Assembly: GCA_964247055.1 (NCBI GenBank)
Contig: OZ176054.1
Span: 5,084,001 to 5,148,000 of the forward strand
Length of the DNA stretch: 64,000 nt
Direction: 5' to 3'
From: Paragordius varius
Lineage: Eukaryota; Animalia; Nematomorpha
The position numbers and the translations under genes were made by a program. Under the pieces are notes generated by a model. It was not told the origin of the DNA, made no database searches, and saw only the letters and a program-made list of their open reading frames with translations. Below, one piece after another: positions 36,877 to 53,700 of this stretch. Every line of letters starts with the position of its first letter. The first letter of the stretch is position 1.

Positions 36877-39387
36877 ATGCCTAAACTCAGCGGTTGCGCA
36901 AACAGGAAACGAAAAATCCAGGAAGAATTAAAAACAAATAAGTTACGAATAAGTATGAAATCTTATTTAACGAAAATATCTGACCATAGCAATGAAAAAA
37001 GTGTATGCGACACAAACATAACGGTACCCCTTAATAATAATAATAACTTAAATACACCTGAAACCCTAGTTAATGATCCAATAAATAGAGATGAGAATAT
37101 AAATACACCATTAGCAATTCCAAGCGCTATACCTATAGAGTTTAATGATGTAGCCTTTTTAAAATTTACTAATAATAATGTTCCCGTGATATCTAATCAA
37201 CTTCGCACAGAAATGATTATTCGTGGATCTCAACAATTTCAAAATAAATCTAATCTCTTTGAAACAAAAAATCATCGTTCAATGCCCCAATCTTGGTTTT
37301 ATCGACGTGTCGGTAAAAAAGAAGGATTTGAAGTTGAGAGGTCTTGGCTTTTATATTCACCAAAGAACAGATCTGCGTATTGCTTTTGTTGTCTACTTTT
37401 TGATCGCTCTAGTTCTTTACCATCATCTTTTATAACTACGCATGGCTTTAATAAATGGAGGAAAAAAGATAAATTAATTCATCATGAAAATAGCCTCAAT
37501 CATCGTAAAGCATTTACTACGTGGAAAGAGGCAGAAAGAAGATTAATAAATAAAACAGGAATCGATTCTGCTCTAGAATCTCAAATACAATCTGAAAAAG
37601 ATCGATGGCGAAATATTTTACATCGAATATTAGCCTGCATAAAATTTCTAATCACCCAAAATCTCCCTTTTCGAGGACATGATGAAAGTTTAATGTATCT
37701 TGATGACTCAGCACCGAATCCTGGAAACCTTTTATCCTTATTAAAACTTATAGCTCAGTTTGACCCAATAATGGGACAACACATGAAAAACATTGAATCC
37801 CCCAACACTTTATCCTATATTTCACCCAAAATCCAAAATGAATTTATACATCTTTTAGCTTTAAGAGTTAAAGCAAAATTGATCGACGAAATTAAAAAAA
37901 GTAAATATTATGGACTCATATTTGATTCAACGCCAGATATGGCCCACCGGGAACAAATTTCTCAAGTTGTAAGGTATGTGTATATTGATTATGAGAAAAA
38001 GAAAGTTTTCATAAAAGAATCCTTTTTGGGTTTTTTTCAGTTATTTAACAAAGATGCAATGTCAATTGAAAAGGTTATTTTAGAAAATCTAAATATGGAT
38101 AATATTCAGTTATCGAATTGTAGATCTCAATGCTATGATAATGCAGCTGTGATGTCGGGTCACATTTCAGGCGTTCAACAAAGAATTCTGGAAAAAAATA
38201 AAAGAGCAATATTTGTCAACTGTGACAATCATTCCTTGAATTTAGTAGGAGTCACGGTAGCAAAACAAGATGTTATTGTTGTGACCTGTTTCGGTATAAT
38301 TGAAAATATCTATCTTTTTTTTTCACGTTCAACTATAAGATGGGACCTTTTAAAAAATAAACTAAAAAAAACTGTTAAACGTGAGTCTGAAACCCGATGG
38401 AGTGCTAGGATTCAAGCAGTTAATGCCATTGTTGAGGGGATAGATGATTTGATAGAGTTATTAGAAGATTTAAGTAAAAATACTTCAAATACTATTGAAA
38501 CTAGAAGTGAGGCATACGTTTTACTTCAGAGTGTTTTAAATTTCAATTTTTTAACATTAATTTTTTTCTGGCATCAAATACTTAGAAGAATCGATAGGGT
38601 TCAACATAGATTGCAAGATCCCAAAATTAATTTTAATGAAGCATTTAAGGACCTTGAATCCTTAACTATTGAATTATCAGATATTCGGGATCAACTTTGC
38701 GAGGAAGCCATAAAAAAAGCTAAAATTGTATGTAAAAACTGGGATGTTTCTATATCTATATCCCGTGTTAGAAAGCCAAAAAAATTCCCAGGAGAATCAG
38801 ATGGAGTGATTCTTTCCGCAGAAAGTGAAATTTCACGGGTTATGAAGCACGTACTGGATAAATTGCAAAATGAAATGGAAAAGCGATTCTCTAGGCTAAG
38901 AGACGTAAATTCTAAATTTGGATTTTTATTAGATATCAAAAATTTATTGTCACGTAATAACAATAACAATAATGATTTAAAAAATAATTGTAAATCTATG
39001 GGCGAATTTTACAATACAGATTTTAATGGAACAGATCTTTTTATAGAAATTTGTGACTGTAGGATGTTACTCCTAAGTCGAAAAGATGTCGAACCTAAAA
39101 CTCCGTTAGAACTCTTAACCTTTATAATTTCATACGGCGAAGATGTGTTTCCCAATCTAAGGGTGGCACTTCAAATACTTTTAACTATTTCAACATCTGT
39201 CGCTAGTTGTGAAAGGTCATTCAGCAAATTGAAATTAATTTTAACATATATGCGATCGACGATGGGTCAAGATCGTTTGAATGACTTAACATTGTTGAGT
39301 GTGGAAAAAGAAAAATTTAATATGATAGATTTTAATGATATAATTGATAATTTTGCAACATCAAAAGCCAGAAAAATTTTTACCTAA
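36877..39387 (+). CDS. hAT transposase, 836 aa, uninterrupted
   Basis: TTF-type Zn finger (RSWLLYS..AYCFCCLLF..H), DUF4371-like region, catalytic D in FDSTPD, D in CYDNAA, CxxH (CDNH), ETRWS, and hAT dimerization domain SCERSFSKLKLILTYMRSTMGQDRLNDL containing the catalytic E. Confidence 0.95.
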   Translation: MPKLSGCANRKRKIQEELKTNKLRISMKSYLTKISDHSNEKSVCDTNITVPLNNNNNLNTPETLVNDPINRDENINTPLAIPSAIPIEFNDVAFLKFTNNNVPVISNQLRTEMIIRGSQQFQNKSNLFETKNHRSMPQSWFYRRVGKKEGFEVERSWLLYSPKNRSAYCFCCLLFDRSSSLPSSFITTHGFNKWRKKDKLIHHENSLNHRKAFTTWKEAERRLINKTGIDSALESQIQSEKDRWRNILHRILACIKFLITQNLPFRGHDESLMYLDDSAPNPGNLLSLLKLIAQFDPIMGQHMKNIESPNTLSYISPKIQNEFIHLLALRVKAKLIDEIKKSKYYGLIFDSTPDMAHREQISQVVRYVYIDYEKKKVFIKESFLGFFQLFNKDAMSIEKVILENLNMDNIQLSNCRSQCYDNAAVMSGHISGVQQRILEKNKRAIFVNCDNHSLNLVGVTVAKQDVIVVTCFGIIENIYLFFSRSTIRWDLLKNKLKKTVKRESETRWSARIQAVNAIVEGIDDLIELLEDLSKNTSNTIETRSEAYVLLQSVLNFNFLTLIFFWHQILRRIDRVQHRLQDPKINFNEAFKDLESLTIELSDIRDQLCEEAIKKAKIVCKNWDVSISISRVRKPKKFPGESDGVILSAESEISRVMKHVLDKLQNEMEKRFSRLRDVNSKFGFLLDIKNLLSRNNNNNNDLKNNCKSMGEFYNTDFNGTDLFIEICDCRMLLLSRKDVEPKTPLELLTFIISYGEDVFPNLRVALQILLTISTSVASCERSFSKLKLILTYMRSTMGQDRLNDLTLLSVEKEKFNMIDFNDIIDNFATSKARKIFT

Positions 39388-40417
39388 AAGATATTTTTTT
39401 CTTAGTTGCCTTTTTCCTTTCCAAGCGATAAAATCTTCATATTATTAATATTTTATTAAATAAATTGCATTATAATTCTGTTAAAATTGTATTGTAAAAT
39501 TAGCCTAGATTTACAATTATTTTTTAAATCATTATTGTTCGCCATTATTATAAGATCAATATATATGCAACAAAAACATTATTTTTATATATAATTTCCC
39601 TATTATAGAATTTATTAGAATATTTATGTATTTAAAAATGAATAAATTTATTATCATATAAATATATATATTTAATAGATTTAAAATTTATAAGACTGTG
39701 CTGTCTTATCTATGGTGTTTAGGTTACAACGTTTTTTTTTACTAAAATGTTTTATTGGCTTTTTTAAAAAAAAAAGGGGGGGGGGCGCTATAAAAGTTTT
39801 ATGCCCCGGGCGCCGCAAATGCTCGGTACGCCACTGCATGGAGTTGTAGGCAAAAACGGAATGCGCTTAATGTTGACGTGGAAGGCTATGGTGGAAGCAA
39901 AGTACAAACATTCGGCTTGATTATATTTTTTGTTGGGTCTACTGGTTTTAAAATATTTGTTTTTTAAACTCATTTCTTTCTTAATTTTTGGTTGCAGTGG
40001 CAAGCCTTTCGAATTAAGAAATTAACTACGGAACCTATTAAATATCCTAAGTTTTCTTCGCAAAAAAGATCGTTAAATTTATTTAAAATGCTTACATTTA
40101 AGTAATAACAATGTTTATTTCGCAAAAAAATCGGCAAATTTATTTAAAATATTCACATTAATGTAATCAATGCGTATTCTCAGGCACCTTAATCCGATCC
40201 CAACCAACATTAAAGGTAGGCTTTGTTCATACACGGCGCATTGTAACCGTTCTACGCGATTTCCCATTTCAACTCATAGCTCTACCTTGCACAAGATGGG
40301 GACAATATCGATATATAGCAAGCCCTGAGTAAGATCGATCGTGTTAGAGGACCCAGCAGAGGAGATAAATGAGAGCCTCAACCGTACTAAGAAATTATCA
40401 ATTGTGACACCATGATA

Positions 40418-40600
40418 ACACTAGACAACAAATTTTTCTGCCACTCGAGTTATTTGCATTTTCTGATATTTACTATTATTTTAACAACAAATCTGCATTA
40501 AAAATTATAATTTCATCTAAGAATTTTGTATAATTTAATTTTTTGATTATGTGTCCTCTTTTTACTAAAAAATGTTTTTCTTTGAATATATACAAATGCC
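40418..40600 (+). repeat. Tc1/mariner-like element end, copy 1
   Basis: CACTAGACAACAAATTTTTCTGCCACTCGAGTT.. matches 53178-53360, which starts TA-CACTGGAC. Confidence 0.65.
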
Positions 40601-40639
40601 CGTTTGTAATATATCATTCGAAGAGTAATTAAAACTCTA

Positions 40640-41502
40640 TAAAATACATACATAGTCTCATAGGTTTTCTGAAATTTGGCTCCACCATGCTGTATCGATA
40701 TGATGGCGCAGTGGTAGGCGGGTAGCTCCCTACCCAGAGGCCAATATAAAAAAGACGTTCGATAATATTTTTTGCCTTTATATGGGAATACCTGGAATTA
40801 GGATTGATTTCACATGTGGCTTCAAAACTAAATAATAGTTCAATGATAGCGCATTTTTAAAACCTAAAGGGCCTATTAATTTAAAAATCCGCTCGACTTA
40901 AATATTTACTTTTTACGGGTAATATTTTAAGCACGGATTGAACTCATATGGCCTGATATGTTTTCTGAAATTTAGCCCCAAAGGCACGCTATTTCGATAT
41001 GACGGGTAGGTTTTTAGCGGGTCTCTCCTTACCCAGCAGCCAATATAAAAAGAAAGCACGGCTTAAGTTTTTGCCTTTAAAGGGAATACCTGGAATCCTT
41101 ATTGAATTTTTACGGTCTCATACTTTGGGCGAAAAATAGATTCAAAAATTATTTTTGTGGACTAACTTTTTTGAAAAAAGTAGCATTTTACGGGGGCGGG
41201 AAAAAGTGGCCTAAATTAAAAAAGCGAGCCCACTATGTTCGGTGCAATCGATAATAAGTAAATAAAACCATATTTGAAATCAGATGGTCCAACACGTTTT
41301 CAGGAAAATTGTCTCAACGACACGATTTTTGTGGACTTCTGTTTTCAAAAAAAAACGTTTTTTCCGAACTGGGAGTCTAATTCAAAAAAAGAGCGAAGCC
41401 ATTGTCGGGGCATTTATTAAGGATTATATTTTTTCGATATAGGGATTTGAATGGGTCTACCGGTTTTCCGGAAACAGCAACGCCACCACTTTCTATTTTT
41501 AT
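40640..41502 (-). mobile_element. Helitron family copy with tandem internal modules, 3' end missing
   Basis: 41000-41470 matches 9740-10230 (GGGAATAC.TGGAATC, GACACGATTTTTGTGGACTTC, GGATTTGAATGGGTCTACCGGTTTTCCGG); about 300-bp module repeated at about 40650 and 40950. Boundaries approximate. Confidence 0.7.
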
Positions 41503-42039
41503 AAATATATATGTGTCTTATTGAATTGTATCAGAAATCTTAACAATCATTGATTATCTCGCATACTATCTTATTTTAAAAGGTATAAGTGAGATCGGTG
41601 CATATAAATGAAAATAATTATTTTCGACAGAATAATGTTTGATGTATTAATACTTCATGACCTTTTGGAGTAGTTTAACCCCAGGGCCATTTAAAATGTA
41701 AATATCTTGAAAAAAAAATTTTTTTAGCCACAAATGTAAAAAAATAATTTTTTAAAATATGAAAACAATGTTTAAAAATTTTAGCTAAAATAACTTTAAA
41801 ACAGTAGTTCATTCACCAAATTGAGTTCTGGAATATAAAACTACCCCAATATGTCAGCTAAGCAAAAAAATGAAAAGGTATGAAGCTGAAACTCTTTGCT
41901 CATGTATAGCACAGTCTATAAAATGAAGAGGTATAAAAAATGTTCTAATGAAATATATATAGATTCTGATAGCTAAATGTATCAGGATTATTGTTTAGTT
42001 TCGGTCTTTACAAATGCTTTAGGAAATAATTTAAACTTT

Positions 42040-44430
42040 TCAATCATCGGAACAGACAAAACACCTCCTATGACGGGCGGCATGGGCTTGGACATAAAAA
42101 ACGAGAGAGGAGACAGATTGATTGAATATTGTGCTAACCATCGTTTCTTCATCGCAAACAGCTTTTTTAAACAACCCAAACGACGTCTATACACATGGCG
42201 TTCCCCGTGTGAAAGATACCGTAACCAGATTGACTTCATATTAGGTATGGTAAAATACAAAAGTTCATTTCAAAATGTCAAATGCCTACCAGGATCGGAT
42301 TGCTACAGCGACCACAACCTATTGATCGCCAAACTCCGAATTAAATTACAACTTCCTATAACATCCAAACCCACAAGAACAAGATTAGATTATGATACAA
42401 TCGACGACAAGTTTAGCACCGCTTTATCAAATCGTTTCGATTGTCTTGATCATAATTTCGAAAACTATCAGGATATAAACTTCTTTTGGAACGATATATA
42501 TACAATCTGCCGAGACACAGCCGACGAATTCATTCGGCCTCCCAAACGCAATAAACAAAAAATAAAATTGTCAACCAAAAGTCTCGAGATCGCAGAAAAA
42601 CGTAGAGAATCCAAAATCAAATGCAAATGGGATGAATACAAACAACTAAACAGTGAATTTCAGAAGAGTGCAAGAGAGGACACAAATAAGTATTATGACC
42701 AACTATGTGAAAAATTAGAAACAGACGCCAAAAATAACCAAAACCTCTTTGCCCATGCAAACAATATTATTCCACACAAAAAAGTTTTTTATAAGGGACC
42801 TATGAGAAACGACAACAACTCAATCGTCACTGAAAAAGAAGAAATTCGCAAACTATGGCACAAACATAAACAAACTATACAATGTAAATAACCCCCCAAC
42901 TATTAACGAACTTACTCAACAAAAAGAACCACCTATTATGAAAGAAGAAGTGGAACTCGCTATAAAACACTCTAGCACCGGTAAATCAGAGGGCCACAAA
43001 GACATCCCTACTGAAATAATAAAATACATTCCAATCGATATACTCACCAAATTATTTCAAACCATATTTGAGATGGAAAAAATTCCTGAGGATTGGTGTA
43101 CATCCATTATGATTCCGATTTTAAAAAAGGGTAACCCAGAACTGTGTGACAACTATCGCACCATAGCGCTCATAAACCAGGTGTCCAAAGTTTTTCTAAA
43201 AATAATACAGTTTCGTCTAAATTCCATTCTTGACCCCGAGATATCCACGATTCAGGCTGGTTTTCGAAAAGGTAGAGGATGCCGAGATATGATATGTAAC
43301 ATGAGGTGGATAATCGAGAAACACATCGAATTTAACAAAGAATTGCATATGTGCTTTGTCGATTTTTCCAAAGCATTTGATTCCATCCAGCACAATAAAC
43401 TACGGAAAGCTCTAAAACAACTCGGAGTGTCAACACATTTAATCAACATCATATTTTCAATTTATTCAAATTCCATGGCTGTAGTATCTACACCATACGG
43501 TATATCTGACCCATGTATGGTACAAGTCGGCCTCCGTCAAGGATGCGTTTTATCACCAATTCTTTTTAACGCATACCTGGAGTGCATTATAAGAAGTATC
43601 CCACAAACTTACGGCATCAACGTAGGTGGGAACCTACTTACATCCGTTCACTACGCGGATGATACAGTCTTATTCGCAGACAGTGTAGACACATTATCGC
43701 AAGCCTTGCAAGTGTTTACAACTGAATGCAATAAATTTGGATTAAATATCAATTTCAAAAAAACAAAAGTCATGCAAATAAATCCGGCTCAAACCAATCC
43801 AATAATCCTCAACGGCAACCAGATCGAAACAGTTAGCAGCTACATGTACTTAGGTAGCATTATAAATAATGAGAACAACTCTACGCCTGAAATAAAGCGA
43901 AGAATTGCTATTGCTAAAGCAGTAACTTTTAAATATAACAGGATTTGGATGTCGCATGACATTATACAAACAAAAATCAGATTAATCAAAGCTACAGTTT
44001 TCCCCACATTCATGTATGGGGGGGAAAGCTGGACACTAAAAAAATATGATGAACGTCTAATAAACTCTTTCGAATTATGGGTTTGGAGGAAACTTCTTCA
44101 AACAAAATGGACAGACAAGTTTCAAACACCACCATTCTAAATAAAATTAACCCAGAAATGTCACTTCTTGGCAGCTTAACACGGCAAAAACTCTCCTTCT
44201 TCGGACACATCATGAGATCCAGCTCACTTGAAAAATCACTGATGCTGGGGAAAGTGAGTGGTGCCCGAAAAAGAGGGAGAAGACGAACTCGTTGGATGGA
44301 TAACTTAAAGAAACCAACCAATCATTATCCGACCTAAACACCAAAACCGGAAATCGCAATGAATGGAGAAGCTTTATTTTCAATGTTGCAGTTAGTCGGA
44401 ATCGACTTTAGCAAACAACAACAACCACAA
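42040..44430 (+). mobile_element. 5'-truncated RTE-clade LINE (APE endonuclease fragment plus reverse transcriptase), frameshifted
   Basis: EN motifs NERGDRLIEYC, YTWRSP, RNQIDFI, SDHNLL; RT motifs NYRTIAL, QAGFRKGRG, FVDFSKAFDSI, GLRQGCVLSPILFN, YADD, YLGS. Split over ORFs 41977-42891, 42938-44140 and 44077-44337. (CAA)n tail at about 44413-44428. No clear TSD; 5' boundary approximate. Confidence 0.93.
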
Positions 44431-44858
44431 ACGATGGTAAATTTACCCAAACTTTTTTAAAAAAAATATTTTTGGCGAAAGCTATATATGCTTTATTCAA
44501 AAAATATTAATATATACATAAACTACCTATAAAAGGCAAAACAAGATTTTTAAAAAAATTCTTCTAAATGTAGGCTGCTAGAGTCGCATATTTTTTTGGC
44601 CAAATTAGTTTATTTTCTTAAAATAACCAGGAAAAAGCCAGGATTGCGCAAAAATGTTAATTATAAGCCAAATTTGGGTATCAGCTAAAATATTTATCAA
44701 AAATGCATAATTTTTCAATGTAATTTTTACAAATTTTGGTTGAAGGGTATCTCATTCTATTTTTGAGACATCGTAGATACAGTTTAAATTTAAAAAACGT
44801 TTTAAGGTATCTTAAAACACTTTGAATTCAATAATGCCTAAAATTTCTATCGCTTTAA

Positions 44859-45410
44859 CACTTCGATTCAAATTGGGGTATCTTAATACTCCAGACTAAA
44901 TTTAAATTAATATTTTTAAAAAACTACTGAAGGAAACGGCAATTTAAATTTATGCTTTTATCTTAATAAAATTGATATGAATATGCCAAAACATCTTGGT
45001 AAAATTTTGTTTTGAAAAAAAAGTTTCATAAACTACTTCGACGCCATTTTTATTTTACAAAATTTTTGCAAAATATCGTCTTCATTTAATTTAAGGGTAA
45101 AATTAAAGCTGATTTTTAATTTAAATTACATCTAACATTGATAGAAATAGAAAAAGCTATTTATTTTATATTATTTTCTAATTTTGCCATTTCACACATG
45201 TCACGTGACGAAATTTTACCTTTCGGTTTTAGCTTAAAATAAATGATATTATACAGTATTTTTGAATAAAATTTTTTATATATTTCGGTTTATTAATGTT
45301 ATAAAGTGCAAAATTTTGCCATAGTTTCGATTCCTTCCATACTTTTAAAGTATGATTTTAAACAGGCCTGGTGTATTCAACTACCCCAATTTGAATCGAA
45401 GGACTAAAAT
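44859..45410 (-). mobile_element. piggyBac-like TTAA MITE, one end truncated
   Basis: TTAA 44855-58 then CACTTCGATTCAAATTGGGGTA; homology stops near 45410 before the other terminus. Confidence 0.8.
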
Positions 45411-46580
45411 AAATTTTAAAAGTTTTTTCCTTCTGGAATTCAGATAGCTACAAATCATTGAGACTAATAATCTATAATTATTTTTTGATAATTCCCGATT
45501 TTACAAAAAGGCAGGGAAAAGTTTGAGATGGTGCATTTTAAAATTTTTCCTTTTTTCAATATTTGGACATGCGAAAATTAGGATAGTTCCAAAACACGAT
45601 TTAAACGAATAACTGATATAAAATCAAAATTTAATAGGTTTTGCTGATAAAATGTTGCCTGAAAGCTTTTTAATGTTAATTATATACATTTTCAACCATA
45701 ACATTCAAAATTTTATAAAAAAAATTCCGGCCAAAGTGTTTGAGATTTAAAGATTCATTAATATTTTACATTTGTAAAAAATTTATTTCACAATGCGCCT
45801 AAAGGCTAAAGAAAGCATTATTATATTTGGGCAAATACCATAATACTTTTTATCACCATTTAAAATCGCTCTTTAAAACTACCCCAAAAGGTCATGCAAG
45901 GAAATTTAAATAGAGTATTCTATACTACTTTATACTCTGGGGTAAACTAAAATCATCGCGCAAGTAATCAAGTGTTAGATTTTCAAAAAAATTAATATAA
46001 ATGCTATGCCAAATGTTTGCAAAGTCGCAATAGTGCGGATAAAACATTTTCAATACTTCATGACCTTTTTACCTTTTTAACCGCGATGACATATTGCTTC
46101 TAGGATCAATTGAGATAGCAAACCGATTGTAACAGATCTCCACAATTTTATTTCCCAATAGCCCCAAAGGGTAATGTACTAACATTTTTTTCTTTTTTGA
46201 TATTTCATATATATGCTATTATAGATAAAATAAAGAGTTTATTCCTTTATTAGAAGAATTTTTTATGACATAATCTGTATTGAAGTATTATTTCCCCAGT
46301 TAAATTTTATTCAGGCAAATTCAAAATTTTGACTTCTCTGATTATATTATTAAATTTTTCTTACATTTTTTATCATTTAATTACAATTATTTTAAAAGTT
46401 TTTGATTTGATAGCGAATATTATATATTCTCTATAAAAGTGGTGGCCAATAGGCAGTAGATGACATTAATTTAATATTATTATAGACCCACCCATTGGTG
46501 AATAATCTCGTAAAAACAAATGTTTTATTACATATGACGTTTGTAAACAATTAATTGTCACAGGCAAATTTTACAAACCA

Positions 46581-51797
<5,217 letters not shown>

Positions 51798-53177
51798 TTA
51801 TTTTTTATTTTTGATACATATTTTTCCGGTGGTGTTTACATACCTAACATTTACTAATTAAACTTTTATGTATTTGTGATCATTCCATTATGGACCAAAT
51901 TTTTATCTGGTGATTTTCGCAAACAATATATAACTAAAGAAATGCAATAATACCAAATATAATGGCCAAATTTATATCATACTTTACTTATATATTCAAG
52001 TTATACATAACTTATATGTAATAATGTCTTATATTTTATAATAGATATATATATAAGGTTCCAAACTTTTTTTCTTGTGTCCCAAATCGGTTGTTTTATA
52101 TTTCAACTTTCTATTTTCGCAATATTAAATATAACATTGCTATATATATATATATATATATATATTATATGATAAATTATGCAAATTCTTGATACATTTC
52201 TTTACTGTGCTATGTCATGGATTGAAAGAAAAGTGTTTTGATTCATTACTAACCATAATACAATTTGCATATTAATCACATTATGCAAGAAATTACTTTA
52301 TCAAATATTTCATGATATAGTATACATATATATATATATATATATATATATGAATTAGCCTCGTCCAATTTACTTAATTAGTCATCATATCAAGGTCAAA
52401 TGACAATTTTTCCCCACATCTTAATAGCCATGTTCGTATTAAACCAGTGTGAAAATCAAATTTTTGTTTTTTTGGTTTATAGAAAAAAATAAATTTTGCT
52501 ATTTCTCATATTTGTACAGAAAAAACTAAAATATTTTAGCAGCTTTTCTTTACAACCATTGAAAATCGCGCGACTTTTACATAACAACTGTTATTGATAA
52601 CGAGGTTTTTTTCATCCTATGAGAAGATGTGCAAAAATCAATAAATGCCAGAAAATCTTTGGGTAGAAAAATAAGGACATTTTTTTAATTAATTATTGGA
52701 TGGTGCAATAACACTGCCAGTCTTTCCTTAGATTAAGTACAAATTTATTAATTTATAAAGATGAATATAGTCTGGACCCACACACAAAACTAAAAATAAT
52801 AAAATAATGCCACAAAAGGAAATATACCCACCAATTCTTTTAATGTATTTCGTTTTTTAAGCGACCAGATGTTAAAAATCCTAATTAAATCAAATAATTT
52901 AAACCTTATTTAGTAATGGTATACTAAAGTCGATCGGAAAATAATTCCTCAGTAATTTTAATTTATTTAAATCTAATTTTAGGTTAATTCAAGTAAGCTG
53001 TAAAAAAATAAAATAGGAATATGCGATAATTTATTGAAAAAGTTTTCATATAAAAACTATAATTTGTTTGAACGTTTTCCGATTATTGTATGCTTAAAGA
53101 TAACGAATATGAAATTAAAAGATCAGAGTAAAAATTATCACTCGGTTCGGTAATTGTAATTTTTTTTGGGTTAATTA

Positions 53178-53360
53178 CACTGGACAACAAATTTTTCTGC
53201 CACTCGAGTTTTTTGAATATACTGATATTTAGTATCATTTTAACAGTAAATCTGAAATAAATATAACTCGTTGGAGGTTTGATTTTTTTGATTATGCGCC
53301 CTCTTTATCAAAATTTTACTAAAAAATATTTTTCTTTGAAAATATACAAGTAATGCCCAT
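53178..53360 (+). repeat. Tc1/mariner-like element end, copy 2
   Basis: TA then CACTGGACAACAAATTTTTCTGCCACTCGAG; direct match to 40418-40600. Confidence 0.65.
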
Positions 53361-53381
53361 TTATCGATTTCATTCTTATTA

Positions 53382-53700
53382 CAGGGGTGTCCAACACAGA
53401 TGATATGCTTAATATTTTCTCTATTTTAAGCTCTAATTTTGATGATTCTTCTAAATCAGGGCATGCGGCCCGCTACAAGAATTTAGAAATTCAATTTACA
53501 AAATGATGCCCACAATTGTAAAATTGATTTTTTAAACAATTTCGCCAAAAAAATATATCCAATTCGCAAGAACTAGAGAAAAAATTGTCATATGGTGTTT
53601 GCATTTTGCACAATTATGTACGAAATATAATAAATATTAAAGAATGTCCATATAAATTTCAAATGCGGCTCGCGAAGCAATTTGTGTTGGACACCCCCTG
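53382..53700. mobile_element. Charlie/Buster-type hAT MITE (319 bp)
   Basis: TIRs CAGGGGTGTCCAACACA / TGTGTTGGACACCCCCTG; internal GCGGCCCGC; TSD not preserved. Related solo ends at 841, about 8330-8353 and 9148. Confidence 0.7.

Larger units (their letters stand above)
34356..39836 (+). mobile_element. Full-length hAT DNA transposon (Tip100/ZMYM1-like) carrying nested MITEs
   Basis: TIRs CAGGGGCGTACCGAG (34356) and CTCGGTACGCCACTG (ending 39836), 14/15 match. Perfect 8-bp TSD CATGGAGT at 34348-34355 and 39837-39844. Subterminal GCCCCGGGCGCC at both ends. Internal transposase ORF. Confidence 0.96.
41651..45898. mobile_element. Older TIR element apparently hosting the RTE LINE and a piggyBac-like MITE
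   Basis: CATGACCTTTTGGAGTAGTTT (about 41656) is inverted relative to AAACTACCCCAAAAGGTCATG (about 45875-45895). A related copy starts at 49015 and shares GAGTTCTGG..TACCCCAATATGTCA with 41820-41860. Confidence 0.45.

Noticed and set aside
40057-40175. 62-bp imperfect tandem repeat, and CRISPR-like arrays generally
   Set aside because: Only two degenerate AT-rich units with no spacers; eukaryotic context; no CRISPR, rRNA or intact tRNA found in the window.
41977-42039. ATG 41977 as a real LINE ORF start
   Set aside because: Homology to the RTE endonuclease starts mid-domain near 42040; the upstream codons are flanking DNA read-through.
46441-46540. CCAAT- and CRE-like words upstream of UAP1
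   Set aside because: Short motifs expected by chance; no TSS data to support them.
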